Position numbers and translations under genes: made by a program. A stretch of 57,673 nt of DNA, the filler included, from Sluysia triapertura (Eukaryota), in NCBI GenBank assembly GCA_046118255.1. It is 5 parts of 5 records of this genome, joined end to end, with 100 filler letters (N's around TTAATTAATTAA, not from the genome) between each part and the next. Parts side by side here need not be neighbours in the genome. Positions count along the whole stretch, not along the records: positions 35,645 to 46,472 come from JBJNIA010192927.1; positions 46,573 to 57,673 come from JBJNIA010188876.1; 3 more parts are not named here. The stretch is one strand, 5' to 3'. Of this stretch, positions 38,811-52,600 are shown one piece after another. Within the stretch, counting starts at the first letter, position 1, and each line of letters opens with the position of its first letter. The notes under the pieces were generated by a model. The model was not told where the DNA came from, made no database searches, and was given only the letters and a program-made list of their open reading frames with translations.

Positions 38811-40592
38811 ACTAACTTAATTGACCTCAATGTAGACTTGATAATTCATCCAAAGACTTTAATATTGATGATGAATCGGTGTATACGGAATATATATTAA
38901 ATAGTAAGAATGATGACATTTTATCTCAAAACATACAAATGTCATTTTTAGTTCCGGTTAATACTATGATGAATGTAAATGAATGATTACCAAACAATTT
39001 CACGGAATCATGACACATTAGAAAGTAAAGAAAATATTGAGAATTGTGGTAACAGTTTACGTTATAATATTTTTCAAGATAACATACAATCAGGAAGTAA
39101 TTCTCCTACTCTTTTTAAAAGCTTTCACAAGTCGATTGAATGCTTATCTGAATTAAAAGAAAATACGGAAATTATAGTCTACAAAGACTATAATTGCAGA
39201 TAAAGCAAATGACGAAGTTGAGATTGAGAAAAAAGATGTAAAACAGAGTAATATGAACCTAATTCAAAATTTTGACAATGCACGACAAATATTTAATGGT
39301 GAATTAAATGATAAATTTCTGCAAAAAATATGTCCCAGGTGTGTTTAGAATCTAACGAAAAATGCAAAAAAGATTACAAGACACTATTTCTTCTAAATGT
39401 CAACTTTTTTACTATATACCTAAAATTGTAACGTATGCTCCATCAATTCCTAGAAATCCAGTGTTTCAAAAACATTTCAATAATGAATGACACACAAGTC
39501 AATATATTAGAACAGCACTTTGCCCATAAAGCAGTGACCCAAAAGGTATTTGCATGAAGTTTGGGATCCATTATCAATATGCCCACACAGTTAGCCAAAT
39601 AGTAAATCTTAAGACCGAAGATACGTCTCATGCTGATCACTTTTCCAGACTCGAAAATCTTCTCCAATACTTTGGATTATCAACTTTAAAAAAATCGGAC
39701 AAGATTGTATTCATAAAGTAAATAACTTTTATCCTGACATCAATGATGATATAATTTTTGATTTTTATTTAGATGGCGTAATGTGGAATTCGATAAATGG
39801 CATATATGGGACTAAACACGTGAATTCTAAAAATTTTATAAATAAATCTTTGTGTTAATTATTATTAATGATTTTCTTAATTTTCTATACAGCATAAATT
39901 TAAAATATAAAAACTTAATAAGTTTTTGTACGAAGAACAAACTAATTTCAGTTATAAAGTTCATCTTTAATTTAAACCATATCATAACTCAACAAACATA
40001 ATTATAAATTATAAATTTATATAAATTAACAATAAAAATAATTTAAACAATTTTTAGTAAATAAATAAATATAAAATTGTAATAATTTACAAGATTACTA
40101 CATGAATATAGTAATCCAAGTAATTGAGTTTAAAATAGAAAAAATCTAAAAAAAACTGTTTAAAAATGTTTTGAAGAAGGTAAATTAAAAATAAATTTTA
40201 ACTAAAAATTTTCTGCTTAAATGTTGATTAAATAGCGTTATAATCTTAAAAATTGTATGCTAACGATTATTGTGATTAAAGATGAAGTCCGTCTCAAAAT
40301 ATAGTTTAATTAGTCCTGACGGCAAATACAAATTTTTCCAAATTAATATTTAAAAAATTAACTGGTAAGGAAACCGCTTTGAAAATAAAATTTTTTTGTA
40401 TGAACAATAGTAGTTTACACTACTATTTATATATTAATTGATATTGACCTTGAAGGTCTCGGGTAGTGAAGTTGATTTTATAAGCATAAAACCTAAATAT
40501 AGAGTTAGAAACTGACCAAAAAACGAAAATGTATTATGCAATATGTATTTCATGAATATTTCATGTATTTCAATATTGTTAATGTAGAAAGA

Positions 40593-41752
40593 TGTAAATA
40601 ACATTAGAAAACATTGCAAAGTGATTCATGAATAATTATATTATTTAGTTAATTTTATTGATATAATTATTTATTTGATTTTATTTTTGGTTATTATAAT
40701 TATTTATTTGATTTTATTTTTGGTTATTATAATTAATTATTTGATTTATTTTTGGTCATTAAAAAATGAATATTTTATTATTATATAAAATATAAAAATT
40801 TAATATGTAAAATTTATAAAATTAAGTTATATAAAAAATTTTAATATATTTAAAAAATTATATATAAAAATCTAATTAAGTTAAAAATATATTAATATTT
40901 AAAATTAAGAAATAAATTTTGTTTAAAATAAATAGATTTTGTTTTAAACGTAGGTAAGTATATAAATAGATTGATTTTAATCACGTAGGACAGAATTATT
41001 AAACGTAGCAGTTATCACTAGCAAGAACCAGAACAACCAGGATAAACAACAAACTCAATATCCATGCAAAAGTAATTTCATTTTTGTAGGTCTCTAAAAA
41101 TCCTAATTGTAAGAATAGGATCTTAAAATATCACGTAAAATTCCATTTTGTTTAACAGACCGTAATACGGCTGTTTTAATCTTTAATTAAAATCAAAAGA
41201 ACTAAGAGTAATCTTAAGTTCCTAAACTCAGTATTATTATTATAGTTTTCAACATTTATTATTTTATATATTTGTAAATTCTTTTGGGTTAATACATCTT
41301 TGGACTTGTTTAGTTCCTGAACTTATCTTATTAAACTCATTTTATATTTGACAGACCGTAAAAAGGCTGTCTTAACGTTTAAAAAATCTACAACTATAAC
41401 TAATAATATTATATTTAAGAAAGCCTCTAATTCTTAGACTACTTTTGTTGTACTAATTAACTATTTTACTTCAAATAAGCCTGATTAGACCGTCTTCCAC
41501 TGGTGACGTAAATCGTTTTCTAATCAGCCGAACTTATCTCCAGATAGACATTTTGTAAGCGAGTTCTGTCTTTGTAGGAACTCTTGCAAAATTTGGTGCC
41601 CAGAGTGAGGATTGATTGCCTCACCTTGCAAAATTTTTTGTCATTGACCGGAATCGATCCGTGGTTTTGGTTTGTTGGTTTATGCTTCGCGCCCGTTGGG
41701 GAGTCACGCATTTTGAATTATTATTAAGTTAGGTTCTTTAACTATTGTAACA
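40593..41752 (+). mobile_element. LTR-like repeat with structured 3' part
   Basis: TG start, AT-rich tract with a 33-bp triplication, TATAAATAG at ~40961, several hairpins, ends TGTAACA. No TSD found. Confidence 0.35.
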
Positions 41753-41783
41753 TAACTCTTTGGTTATAAGTATAATACTAAGG

Positions 41784-41923
41784 TGCTTGGTCACTTAATC
41801 GAACCCGGGACCATTTTCTGCGCAGTCGGTGCTCTACCACTGAGCTATCAGTTCCGTCTAACTATTTCATTTTTATTAAATTCAATTTTATCAAATGGCA
41901 CTCTTATGCCTTTTACCCCAACA
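41784..41923 (-). mobile_element. Second, more decayed copy of the tRNA-carrying mini-element
   Basis: ATCGAACCCGGGACCAT..CTGCGCAGTC..TGCTCTACCACTGAGCT..TTCAATTTTATCAAATGGCACT..GCCTTTTACCCCAACA shared with 3120-3251; same CA end. Confidence 0.85.
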
Positions 41924-43079
41924 CTAGATACGTTGCTAAACTCACATATAGTTTTATTCTCGTTTGGAAAACAAGCTTTTCTCACAGTATTATTTTATTA
42001 TTATTATATTAGTGTAATAAAATATTAAAATTATTATAAAATCATAAATGTTTATTTAAAGTATTAAGAAAATTCATTTAAAATATTAAAAAAATTTTCA
42101 ACCAACTTATATTTAAATTTTTTGTTTGAACAAATCAATACTCAATATCTGGGCTTACGGATTACGGCTAGACCGTTGAATTTAAAAAAAAATAATAACG
42201 TTCAATTATTGGAGGTTAAACTTAGTCTCAAATGTCTTATTAATGAACTTTAGCGTTACTTCTTATGTAAGCAATGGTGTAAACTGTTAAGTGATGTATC
42301 ACAAATTTTACTATTCAAAATATAGTGGGGTTTAGACTGATTATTGAATATTAATCTTTTCATTCATTATCAAATTTTACGACAGATCTTTCTTAAATAG
42401 GATCTTTAGAATTTAATGGTTTGTGATATCCGATGAAAATTTCGGATTTTAAAAGAAAGAATTTGATCTGGTATTGTAATTTATAAAATTCGAATCTATG
42501 TAATTTACGAATGATCCTTCTTAAATAGGATCTTTAATTAATATTTTAATTATATATGTGTGAGGAAGTTTACGTTAATTCTCTATTAAACTGAATCAAA
42601 CAAAAAAACTTTGCATACTCATATTAAAAATAAGTTTTTCGTAAACATTGATACAAATATTTTAGTTAGGTTTAAATAAATGAATAAATAAGGTTTATTA
42701 TAAAAAATCAGACAAAAATATTTACAAAACATATATAATTAATGTGTGGAGGGCAATAAACATTCGAATTTATATTCTTTATTATTTTTTAATTTATTAT
42801 GGAAATTGCTTATAACTTTAATTAAATCTAAATTATTTACAGTATTAAATAAACCAAAACACTTTAACTTTGGTTGTATTATGTTTAACAAAGTAGGAGT
42901 AAGGCCTGTAACAAATAACAAACTTAAAAAGGTAACTAAATTTGCCATTTTATTAACTACCAACAATAAAAAAGAACAAAAAAGGTTAATATCAAATAAT
43001 AATAAAACTATGTTTTTCTGTACATCCACTAGAGTATCTTCCGGAGTTGCAACCAATAATTGTAATGTTATTAATCTAG

Positions 43080-43290
43080 CCATTATCCAGACAAATTCAA
43101 TATTAACATCTTCAGCAAAGCTTTCACCAGGTGGACAGTGGGAATGTTTATCGATCGATTTTTCTATTACTTCTTTAAGAGCACCTCTCGATATTAGATA
43201 GTCTCCACTACCACTAATGTAACCCTGTTTCGCGTGCATCTTAGAACGTTTACCCGTAATTGTCAGTGTATTTGGATCCATATGTATTAC
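43080..43290 (-). pseudogene. C1GALT1: Core 1 beta-1,3-galactosyltransferase (GT31) fragment inside the 269-aa ORF 42739-43548
   Basis: DPNTLTITGKRSKMHAKQGYISGSGDYLISRGALK..C..AEDVNI(frameshift)ICL parallels YFGRRFK..KQGYMSGGAGYVLSKEALK..EDLALG.C. Confidence 0.7.
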
Positions 43291-43924
43291 ATAGTCATTT
43301 TCTTCTTTAGTATGTGGTGGCTTAGAAGATTTTGAGTTATTTTTACTTTTATTGATATATGATTTAACACATTTCCAAAATATTACTATAACAGCAAAAA
43401 TCATCAAAAACATTCTGTCGTTAGAGTCAAATTTACTTTTACTTTCCCAATTATTTTTAACTTCATTAGGTATGAATTTAATATTTTTCTTAATAAATTG
43501 TAAACCATGATCTTGTCTTGAAGTATCTCCACTTGACATTTCAAACAATAATTTATTAATATATTTTTCATAAAATCTTTTTTATCCATATTCATCATAA
43601 TAATTAATGCTAATTTAAAATAAGTTTTCAAAACAAAATATTGTTATAATTTAAGTACTTTGAAACTAAATTATGTTAAATTCAAAAACATGATTAAAAA
43701 TAATTATTCCTTTAAACTACTAGATTTTTTTATTGTCATTTAATTATTAGTATATTTAAAGTTTACCAAAATAGAATTGGTCATATAATAGTCTGTTGTT
43801 TAGCAGGTTTTCTATTTTTTACAAGAATAATAATAATTAGGAAAAATCATTGTAATGAAATTAATCTACCACTTGGAGAAATATCCTTATGAAACAACTG
43901 AAAAATATTTGCAGATATTTTCCC

Positions 43925-44395
43925 ATTTTAATATAATCGTTTAACTTTTCCCAAATAATTCGATTTTTTTGTATATTTTCGATCATACCAACTCCATGAT
44001 CCGGATATAGATTAGCAAACATTTCGAAGCATGGATATGCGATTCCATCAAGAAATGATATTTGTAAACTTGGATCACAAGCTCTTTCTCAGTCCATTTG
44101 TTCAACATGTTTTTGACCAGTTGATTTTTCTAAATCACCTTGCGTAAAAAAACTCCTCATAGATCAATTCTGCAACTGCCCTTGTATTTTTCAAATTTTT
44201 TAGATTGATCGCTTAAATCTGCACATGTCATTAACAGATCTCTCGATAACACATGATATCCATCATTATTGATATCATATTTTGATTGAATCATAGCTCT
44301 TTATTCGGAAATAATTCTTAGGTGTTGAGCTAAATCTGTAGCTAAAATAATATCTTGAATTATATCTCAGACTTGCTTATATTCACATGATTCAA
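43925..44395 (-). pseudogene. PDE2A: Cyclic nucleotide phosphodiesterase 2 catalytic-domain fragment, intronless
   Basis: YKQV*DIIQDIILATDLAQHLRI..LLMTCADLSDQSK..VAELIYEEFF/TQGDLEK..MD*ERAC.PSLQISFLDGIAYPCF..NRIIW; three stops and at least two frameshifts. Confidence 0.9.
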
Positions 44396-45429
44396 AATAA
44401 AAGATCTTCATAAATGACAATATAAATTTATTCAAATTTCGAGGATTAATTGTTGTTTGAAGTCTGGATTTGCACTCTTCAATCATTGCTTTGAATTCAC
44501 TTTCGGAATCAATTTCTTTAAAATTACCAAATCTGTGAACACTTAAATACTTTCGGTTGCGGAATTCGTTCCAGTAGTATTAAGTTTTCGACCATTCATA
44601 ATTCGGAATAAATAAATATCAACATTTATTCCGAAGTTTTATTTCATATGATAAGCCGTTTTTATTTGAGGTTAAGTTAGTCGATGGTTGTAATTAATAT
44701 GGTGTTATAACAGATGTCAAGCTCGTTGAAGTTGTAGACAATATTGCAATTATGGGAGTGTATTGATTATATTTATGGTGATGTTGATTGTTAATGTCAC
44801 CACTTGAATAATTGTGAAATTTAGATTGTTTCTGAAAATTCGAAGTTGATAATGTAGAATCTGTTGATAATGTAGAATCTGTTGATTATGTGAATAACAT
44901 TGATGATGTAAATGAGAATCTTGTGAATTATTCACCGTGTGATTGTTATTTGAGTCAAAATATATTGATTGTTTATTGTACGAAGATGAAGTATAATTTC
45001 TGTTAGATTTTTCTAACCACAAATGCGAGTCTTTTTTGGTAGATGTGTAGTATTGAAAAAAAAGAACGAAAGATTGATAATAAGGATAAAATAAATAATA
45101 ATGATGATAAAAATTAAGTGGTTATTACATTTATTAATACTGAATTGTTGATGTTGAAATTTATTATAAAATTTATTATGGAAACTATTACAAAAGTTAT
45201 TTTAAAAGTTATTACTTGATAATCGTATTATATAACAATAATAACTATAATTAATATATATATTTTAATACGATCTGTAATAATAATAGTGGTAGTTCAT
45301 AATAATTAGGTGATGGTCATGTTTGTTTTTTGAATGAGTTTAGTAGTTTGTTTAATAGTCTGTATACATGTGAAGTGTTTTTATGTGATGAAATGTGATG
45401 GACTTTGTGTGATGAATTCCCTACAGTAT

Positions 45430-45780
45430 GAAAAGCTTGTGGTCGATTCGTAGCATCAAATTTTCTGGCATGAAAATATTCGAAATGTTCTACAGCAGAT
45501 ATATTGCTAATATATTCGGTCGAAGACTGAATATCGAGTTTGTTTAGTGTCGACAGTTTGTGAATAAAATTTCTTAGGTTTGGAAAGTGCTTTGGTATTG
45601 GATTAATACTGCTCCTACTGCCACATTAGATGTAAGTATAGCATTGAGATTTCGTTCTATTTTATGGCTTGTGTTTTCTTACCAGATGAAATGGTGTTTG
45701 TGGTGGCCAACACCTTTGCACAAAATTTGTATACACCAAATTACACTAAAAACCATATTTTTACAACATCCAAAGAACTC
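45430..45780 (-). mobile_element. Degraded Gypsy RT-connection/RNase H fragment
   Basis: TSNVAVGAVLIQ..FYSQTVDTKQTRYSVFDR/ILAIY/AVEHFEYF..DHK across frameshifts. Confidence 0.7.
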
Positions 45781-46149
45781 ATCACTTCAAAAATCATTAA
45801 TTTTGTATTTATAATTTCAAAATAACAATAAACTAAATGGAATTTATTTTAACATTTGTAACTTTGCTAATACTCTCTCATGATACTCTTTCATAATTCG
45901 TCATTTCGTTATTATCGCGCCACCGCTCACCGTGCCTTCAACCATCGTTTAACCGACCTACTCATCATCACATGTATCCGTCATCGTATCAGTCTCATGT
46001 ACACACTCATCATGTACCGTATAATCAACAAACACTTAACAGAAACAAGAGTCCCAGTATGAAATTACATGTCAAAAAATTTCCAGAAAGCAAAGAATTC
46101 ATCATAATGACTTAACTGAAGAGCGTACCGCTTCTAGAAATAGAGGACA

Positions 46150-46408
46150 GCAGCTGGCAGATCAATTAGATACAATGACAAGTTTTTGCTTGTTCGACCA
46201 AGATGCAATCGAACAAAGTGAAGTAATGGCTATTTTACAAAGTATGGGACAAAATCCAACAGCAGAAGAATGCGATAAAATTTTAAAAGCGCAGATAAAG
46301 ATGATAATCAAAAGATTACTTTTCTCGAATTTGTCAAACATGCCAACGAATTTATAAAGAAACCTAAAACTCAAAAGAGAAGAATTGAAACAAGATTTGA
46401 ATATATAA
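46150..46408 (+). pseudogene. Calmodulin-like EF-hand pseudogene fragment
   Basis: SFCLFDQD--AIEQSEVMAILQSMGQNPTAEECDKILK/ADKDDNQKITF/LEFV..EELKQ; EF1 loop deletion and frameshifts. Confidence 0.75.
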
Positions 46409-46472
46409 ACAGATTTTAATAATAATCATAATCATAATAATAACAGTGTTTTAAAATTAATGTAATAATAAT

Positions 46473-46572
46473 NNNNNNNNNNNNNNNNNNNNNNNNNNNN
46501 NNNNNNNNNNNNNNNNTTAATTAATTAANNNNNNNNNNNNNNNNNNNNNNNNNNNNNNNNNNNNNNNNNNNN
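46473..46572. other. Artificial contig spacer
   Basis: N44-TTAATTAATTAA-N44. Confidence 0.95.

Positions 46573-46644
<72 letters not shown>
46573..46644. repeat. (ATT)n microsatellite
   Basis: Perfect run at a contig end. Confidence 0.95.
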
Positions 46645-49600
46645 GTTAGCAAAAATTACATTATTAACGACTATTACTCATTTTTATTAATTTCTATAAT
46701 TATCTTATTTATTTATTATTAATTATTAATTTTCAGTTATTAATTATATTAATAATTTTTATTAACTTCTTCATTTTCATACATTTTACTAGTACTTTTT
46801 CTATTATTAATTTTATTATTTTTTAACAATTAAATTTTCGTTATTTCATTAATTTTCATTATTTATTCAATTTGAGATCAGATCTGACAGATGATTTCAT
46901 CTTGAAGAACTTGATGAAATAACTTGAATATGTTTTTGTATATATTTACTAAAAGATAGCGCATAAAAAGTATCCCAGACTTCGCAACACTCATGAATCG
47001 AGTTTTTTTTGAACGGTATCTCTTAGAAAATTGTTAATGAGTATTTTTTGTTTCAAAATAAAAATAATGGAAAACCTTAAATGCAGGTTAATTAACTAAG
47101 AAACCAGAGCAGAATTTAAGCAGAATAATTACTAATTAAAATTAGAATTAAAATTATATATTTACTTTAAAATTTGAATGTTGTTTTCATTCTCAACTGA
47201 AAATGCTTATTTTGAAAACTAAAAATTTACATCGAAAATTAATGAAATATTTATTCAATTAATGTTTCTTCGTAAAATTAATTTTAATATTTATTAATCA
47301 ATAATAATTTGTTTGAATATTTATGTCGTAAAATTTGTAATTACTAATGAATTATAATTTTTGTTTGAAAAAAACAAAAACAAGCAATCTCAATAAAAAA
47401 TTCTTACAAAAAGTGTAAACAATTTTTCTTCGATCCGCCCCTCTAAAAGGGGAATACAAACATAATCGAACTCGATTTATATTCTACTCTGGTAAAAGCA
47501 GAGTCCGACATTGTTTAACAAATTTTCTCTGATGATATTCCAAATACTGTTGGTGAATATTCTCAGCTATTACCAAACTATATCTGGTTTTTTCTGCCTA
47601 AAAATTTACAATATGTTTTTATGATTCTTGTACTTATCTACATACTTTTAAATTGCCATTAATTTAACTTAGTTTGGACTCGATTTTTCTTTGTTTAATT
47701 GAATAATATTAATTCAACTTAGTCAAGAACATTAAATAGTCTTGAAGTAATTCGCATTAAAGGTAAAGTACAAACTCGTAGTGTGTATTTAGGAATCGAA
47801 ATAAATAGTGAACCATTTTTGGTGAGAGCGATCAAACATTAAATTAATTCTTTAAGAGTTAATTAGATACTATTCAAGCAATAAATTTAAATCGGAGTTT
47901 CACGCCACACATGTTATCTTATAAAATCCTCTAGGAACGTCTCTAAGAAGATAAGTATAAATAAGAGAAAAATCTTACAAGTACATGCTAACATATATAC
48001 AATACTTGTTTTTATGCCATATGGTTTTGATACTATTTCTAGACGTTCATTTTTGCGCAAATTTTTCTATAATTGGAAGATCAAACATTTTAGAAACTTC
48101 CGTACATACATGCAAAAAAGAATTTTTAACAGTTATTTTCTGTAATATTAGCCGGAATTTTTCAATTTTTCAATTTATACGATTTTTTTATTATTGTTCT
48201 GCATTTATTAGATCTGTAAGTAAATAATTTAAATCTAGATATATTATTGATTTGTAAGTAAATAGATTGTTGTTTAATACATACGCACAATGAATTTAAA
48301 AAATACTGTAAATACATACATTGAATTTAAGTATAAATTAAATATTGATTTTGTAAAACACAATTTACATAAATATTTTAAAACATCTTAAATTTTCGTA
48401 CCATTTTAATTAATTATTGAATTTTTGATATTTTAGAAATTAATTTTAAGTAAGCATTAAATTGTTTTAATTATAGAATATTAGAAATATAAATAAAGAT
48501 AAAAAATAAAGATTTTATTGGGATTGTAAAAAAATGAATATATTTTGTTTAAATTCTAAAAATATTTATTTTGACCTTCAAGGTAATAATTCTACTGTTT
48601 AAATACAAAACTTTTAACAATTTCTTTAAAACAAAAATTTTTAAAAGTTCTAGTTTAAATCTTATCGAAGGATTTTTGGAACACTATTAATTCGAAATGC
48701 GGAACCCACGATTGATTTTCTTTATTTCGTTAGTTTAATTTTTATAAGTTTTTTGTGCAATTTTTAAGATTGCGTGTTATAAAATCCATTTAACATCATT
48801 TTGTAAAATTTCAGACCTACCATTTAAATATGGTAGCTGAGCATAATATCTCTTCTAAAATAATAGATTAAGATTATTAATATTAATAATCCATCTAAAT
48901 TGTCGTTATTTGTATTTTCTTTGTATTTTGTTTTTTTATTTTATTATCATTTATCAAGTTGTTATTTAAAAATAAATTCTTGTTATTAAAAATCTTCTGT
49001 AATAATTTCTAAACTCATTTTTGATTCAATTTACGAATCGGATTAAAATCATTTTAAAGATCACATTAAAATCATGTTGATAAATTTTGAGAATTATAGC
49101 AACTGAAGAAAAAAGTTTTTAACTCAGAATAGTTATAATTTAAATATCTTTACAGAGGATTTGGAGTAAATTAAGATTTTATCTGGTAAGACTAGTACGT
49201 TGGTGAACTCACATTCATATCTTTATTTTGAGAAAAATAAAATAAAAATTTCACAAATCCATTATTAATCCTTAGAAAACTCAATACTTTAAGGACTTTA
49301 TTTTCATTAACTTTCCGCCTATCGGTCAGATCCAATGGAACCGAATGTAAATTCTAGTTATTTTCTAGCAATATGTTGCTGGAAAATTGTTTTGACTTTT
49401 TATGCATTAGACCAATGTGTTCATTTATATGGTTGGTTTAAACTTTCTTATTTTATGCAGTGCACACATACATTTCTGGAAGACGGAGGATTAATTTTTT
49501 GTAATTGAGTTAACATTAATATTTAGGATAAAGAAAATTTTATAGAAAGAAAAACAATACGCTCTTCATACCTTAATTTAAACTTTTCTTTAACTTCTAA

Positions 49601-52600
49601 TTTATAAAAAGACTTTAGAAAATTTTCAAATTACCAATTCAATTCAATTATATCAATTCAAACCTTTTCTAAATTATTCTTTAGTGTATATTTACAAAAT
49701 ATCTAGACCAACAACACTAAATATTTTATAAATAAGCAAGATTTGAGACTTATTTTATATTGCCTTTACATCTTTCTTTTGTTGTTTTTGTTTTTAATGT
49801 TAAGTGAATCTATTTATTCCTATAAAATATTTATCTATTAATTTTGTATGAATAATTTTAATAATTGCGACAAATTTTTATTATTTAATATTAGAAACCC
49901 ATATTAACTATTTGAATTCTATGACGAGAAATATATTTTAAAATTTTAATAATTGTACGATTTTTGATCAAATATTAGCTATACTTGGTTTAATTTAAAA
50001 GTACAAATGCAAAGTTTCATCGAGATTAACTATTTGTAGTGCAATTAATAAACATCTTATTTATTATTTTAAAGAATCTGAAATTGACAGAAAGAAATAA
50101 AATCCACAGTAAATAAGCAATTAAAATTAACAGAAGTTTAATAAATTTGTACAATTAATATGACACATTAAATTTGTAAACAAGTACTACTAAATTAAAT
50201 CATTTTAAAAAGTTTACATTTTCAAAAATATTTATCATTANNNNNNNNNNNNNNNNNNNNNNNNNNNNNNNNNNNNNNNNNNNNNNNNNNNNNNNNNNNN
50301 NNNNNNNNNNNNNNNNNNNNNNNNNNNNNNNNNNNNNNNNNNNNNNNNNNNNNNNNNNNNNNNNNNNNNNNNNNNNNATAATTTAAAAAATGTGGTTCAT
50401 ATTCCATTAATAGAAAACAGTACATCATTTTGAATTATAGTAAAGTTTTATCGTAATTATTGTTTTTGAATAATGAAATATTTTCTATAAAATAATAATG
50501 CAGTTTTTATAGTTTATAACAATTTTATAATAGCAGTGACCATTATTCAATTTGCAGTATTAGTCGGTGGAGTTATATGAAATATAAAATTTCATGATGA
50601 AATTTAATTATTAGAAGAAGCGACGATATCGAAATATATTTAATATTGTACAACAAATTATCAAAAATTTAATTTTACGTTGTATTTATAATCCAAATTT
50701 TCATTATCTCTGAAGTTTTTATGAATTATTTAATAATTAAAATCCATTTCAAATTTAATTAAAAGTAGAAAATTCAATTTTTAAATTATAATTTATTTTA
50801 TACAATTAGTACAAAATAATTGCATAAGTTTTGTGATTAATAAGAAAATATGAAAATTATTTTAAACTATATATTGAAACTGTTTAATTTTTGAATGTGC
50901 GACCCTTTCTGATCAAAACACTAATTATAGCCTTTCTTTATCTTAAAATTATTTTTCTATCAAATGTTTTTTTAATTAGAGAAGAAATATAAGTTATTTA
51001 GAACGAGATTGTGGAGATTGAATAAATCCAAATTCGCCAAGTGACGCATATTACATATAAGTTTTCCTTTATTGACTTTCTTCTTTTACTATGTTGAGTT
51101 TTTAATTTTAATTAGAAAAAAAGCAATACTTAAATAATTTTTAATAATAATTGAAATAATTAATTTATTCAAAATTGACATAAAAATTATTAATAAAGTA
51201 ATAAATAATTAATAACTTTATAAATAAATAACTTTATAAATGAGGTTAGTAGAATAGTAACAATAATATAATATGTCAATTACTAGATTAATAAGTAATT
51301 GTTATTTTAATTGTTAATCAAATGGAGACGATTAATATTGAAAATTTGTTTTTTGTTATTTTATTAATGCATTAAAAAATAATTGCTAATAAAACTAACT
51401 TAAAATAAGCTAAATGTGACTAAGGGAATTTGATGACATTTAGGTTGTATAAAATATGAATTTATGAACAAAGCAGCAGGACATAACCGAAGAAGGCATA
51501 ACAAATTAAATTTATGCTAGTATTATAATTAACCAAGATTTTACAAGCAACAGTTGAAACATTTAAAAATAGAAAAATAAATTATTAAATTTTATAAATT
51601 AAAAGAGCAAAAAATTTTAAAAAATAAAACTTGCATTTCATAATAAAGAAAGATATGAAAATTAAATCAAATTGTAGTTTTGTTAAATAATTTGTTTTCT
51701 TATTTATACTTATAATTGTTTTGTAGAATAAAGAATAACTTACGAGAACAATTTACGAGTTCATACTATATGACTTAATATGTGAGACCTGAGAAATTGC
51801 TTTATTAATTTAATGCTTCATAGTACAAATTTTGGGATTCGATTTGAATATTTTATGGTTATCTATAATTTTGTACACGCCTTACAATTTTTCGTAAATC
51901 GTCTGAAAATCTACATTTAGACCAAATTCAAGTAGCATGAAATAACGTAACTATGAATTTTTTTAACTCTGTTAGTTAGAAGTAGAAGCATCACTTGTAA
52001 ATCAATGAAATATCCAAAAATATTCTTTATTAAATAAATTAAATTTAATATAGAATAAAATTTACTGCATATTATATCTTATCGAAAGATTTAACTAAAC
52101 ATTTTCATATTATTTCGCTTTCAAACGTTATTTAATAAACCTTTTTTCTCCTTAATTAATTTAATCAAGTTTTTTTTACTTTATCCTATTTTATGTTTAA
52201 AGGTTTTATCATGGTTCTACAGTTATTTGGTACTTAATAAGGTATATAGGTAATTCTAGAAGTTTTCACCTTCAATAATATTGCTCCTTTTCTACTTATT
52301 TATGCTACTTTATATTTGTTATCAATAGCAATATTTTATAAATATTTTATAAATAATTCAAAAGGTTGTCTAATGATCTGAAACGCTTTTTAAAAATCTA
52401 GAAATTTTTAAACATCCAAAGGTTCAGAAGATCCCACGTGATATTAAGGAATTACTTTAAGAACTCAAAATAGTTTCATATATGTCTAAGTTTCTTCGAA
52501 GATCTCAAAATTTTATAAAGGTCTACAGAATATCTAGTGTTCTTTAATGCCTAAAATATTATCACATTACTCTTCTTTCAACAATTCTCTATTATTGTCC

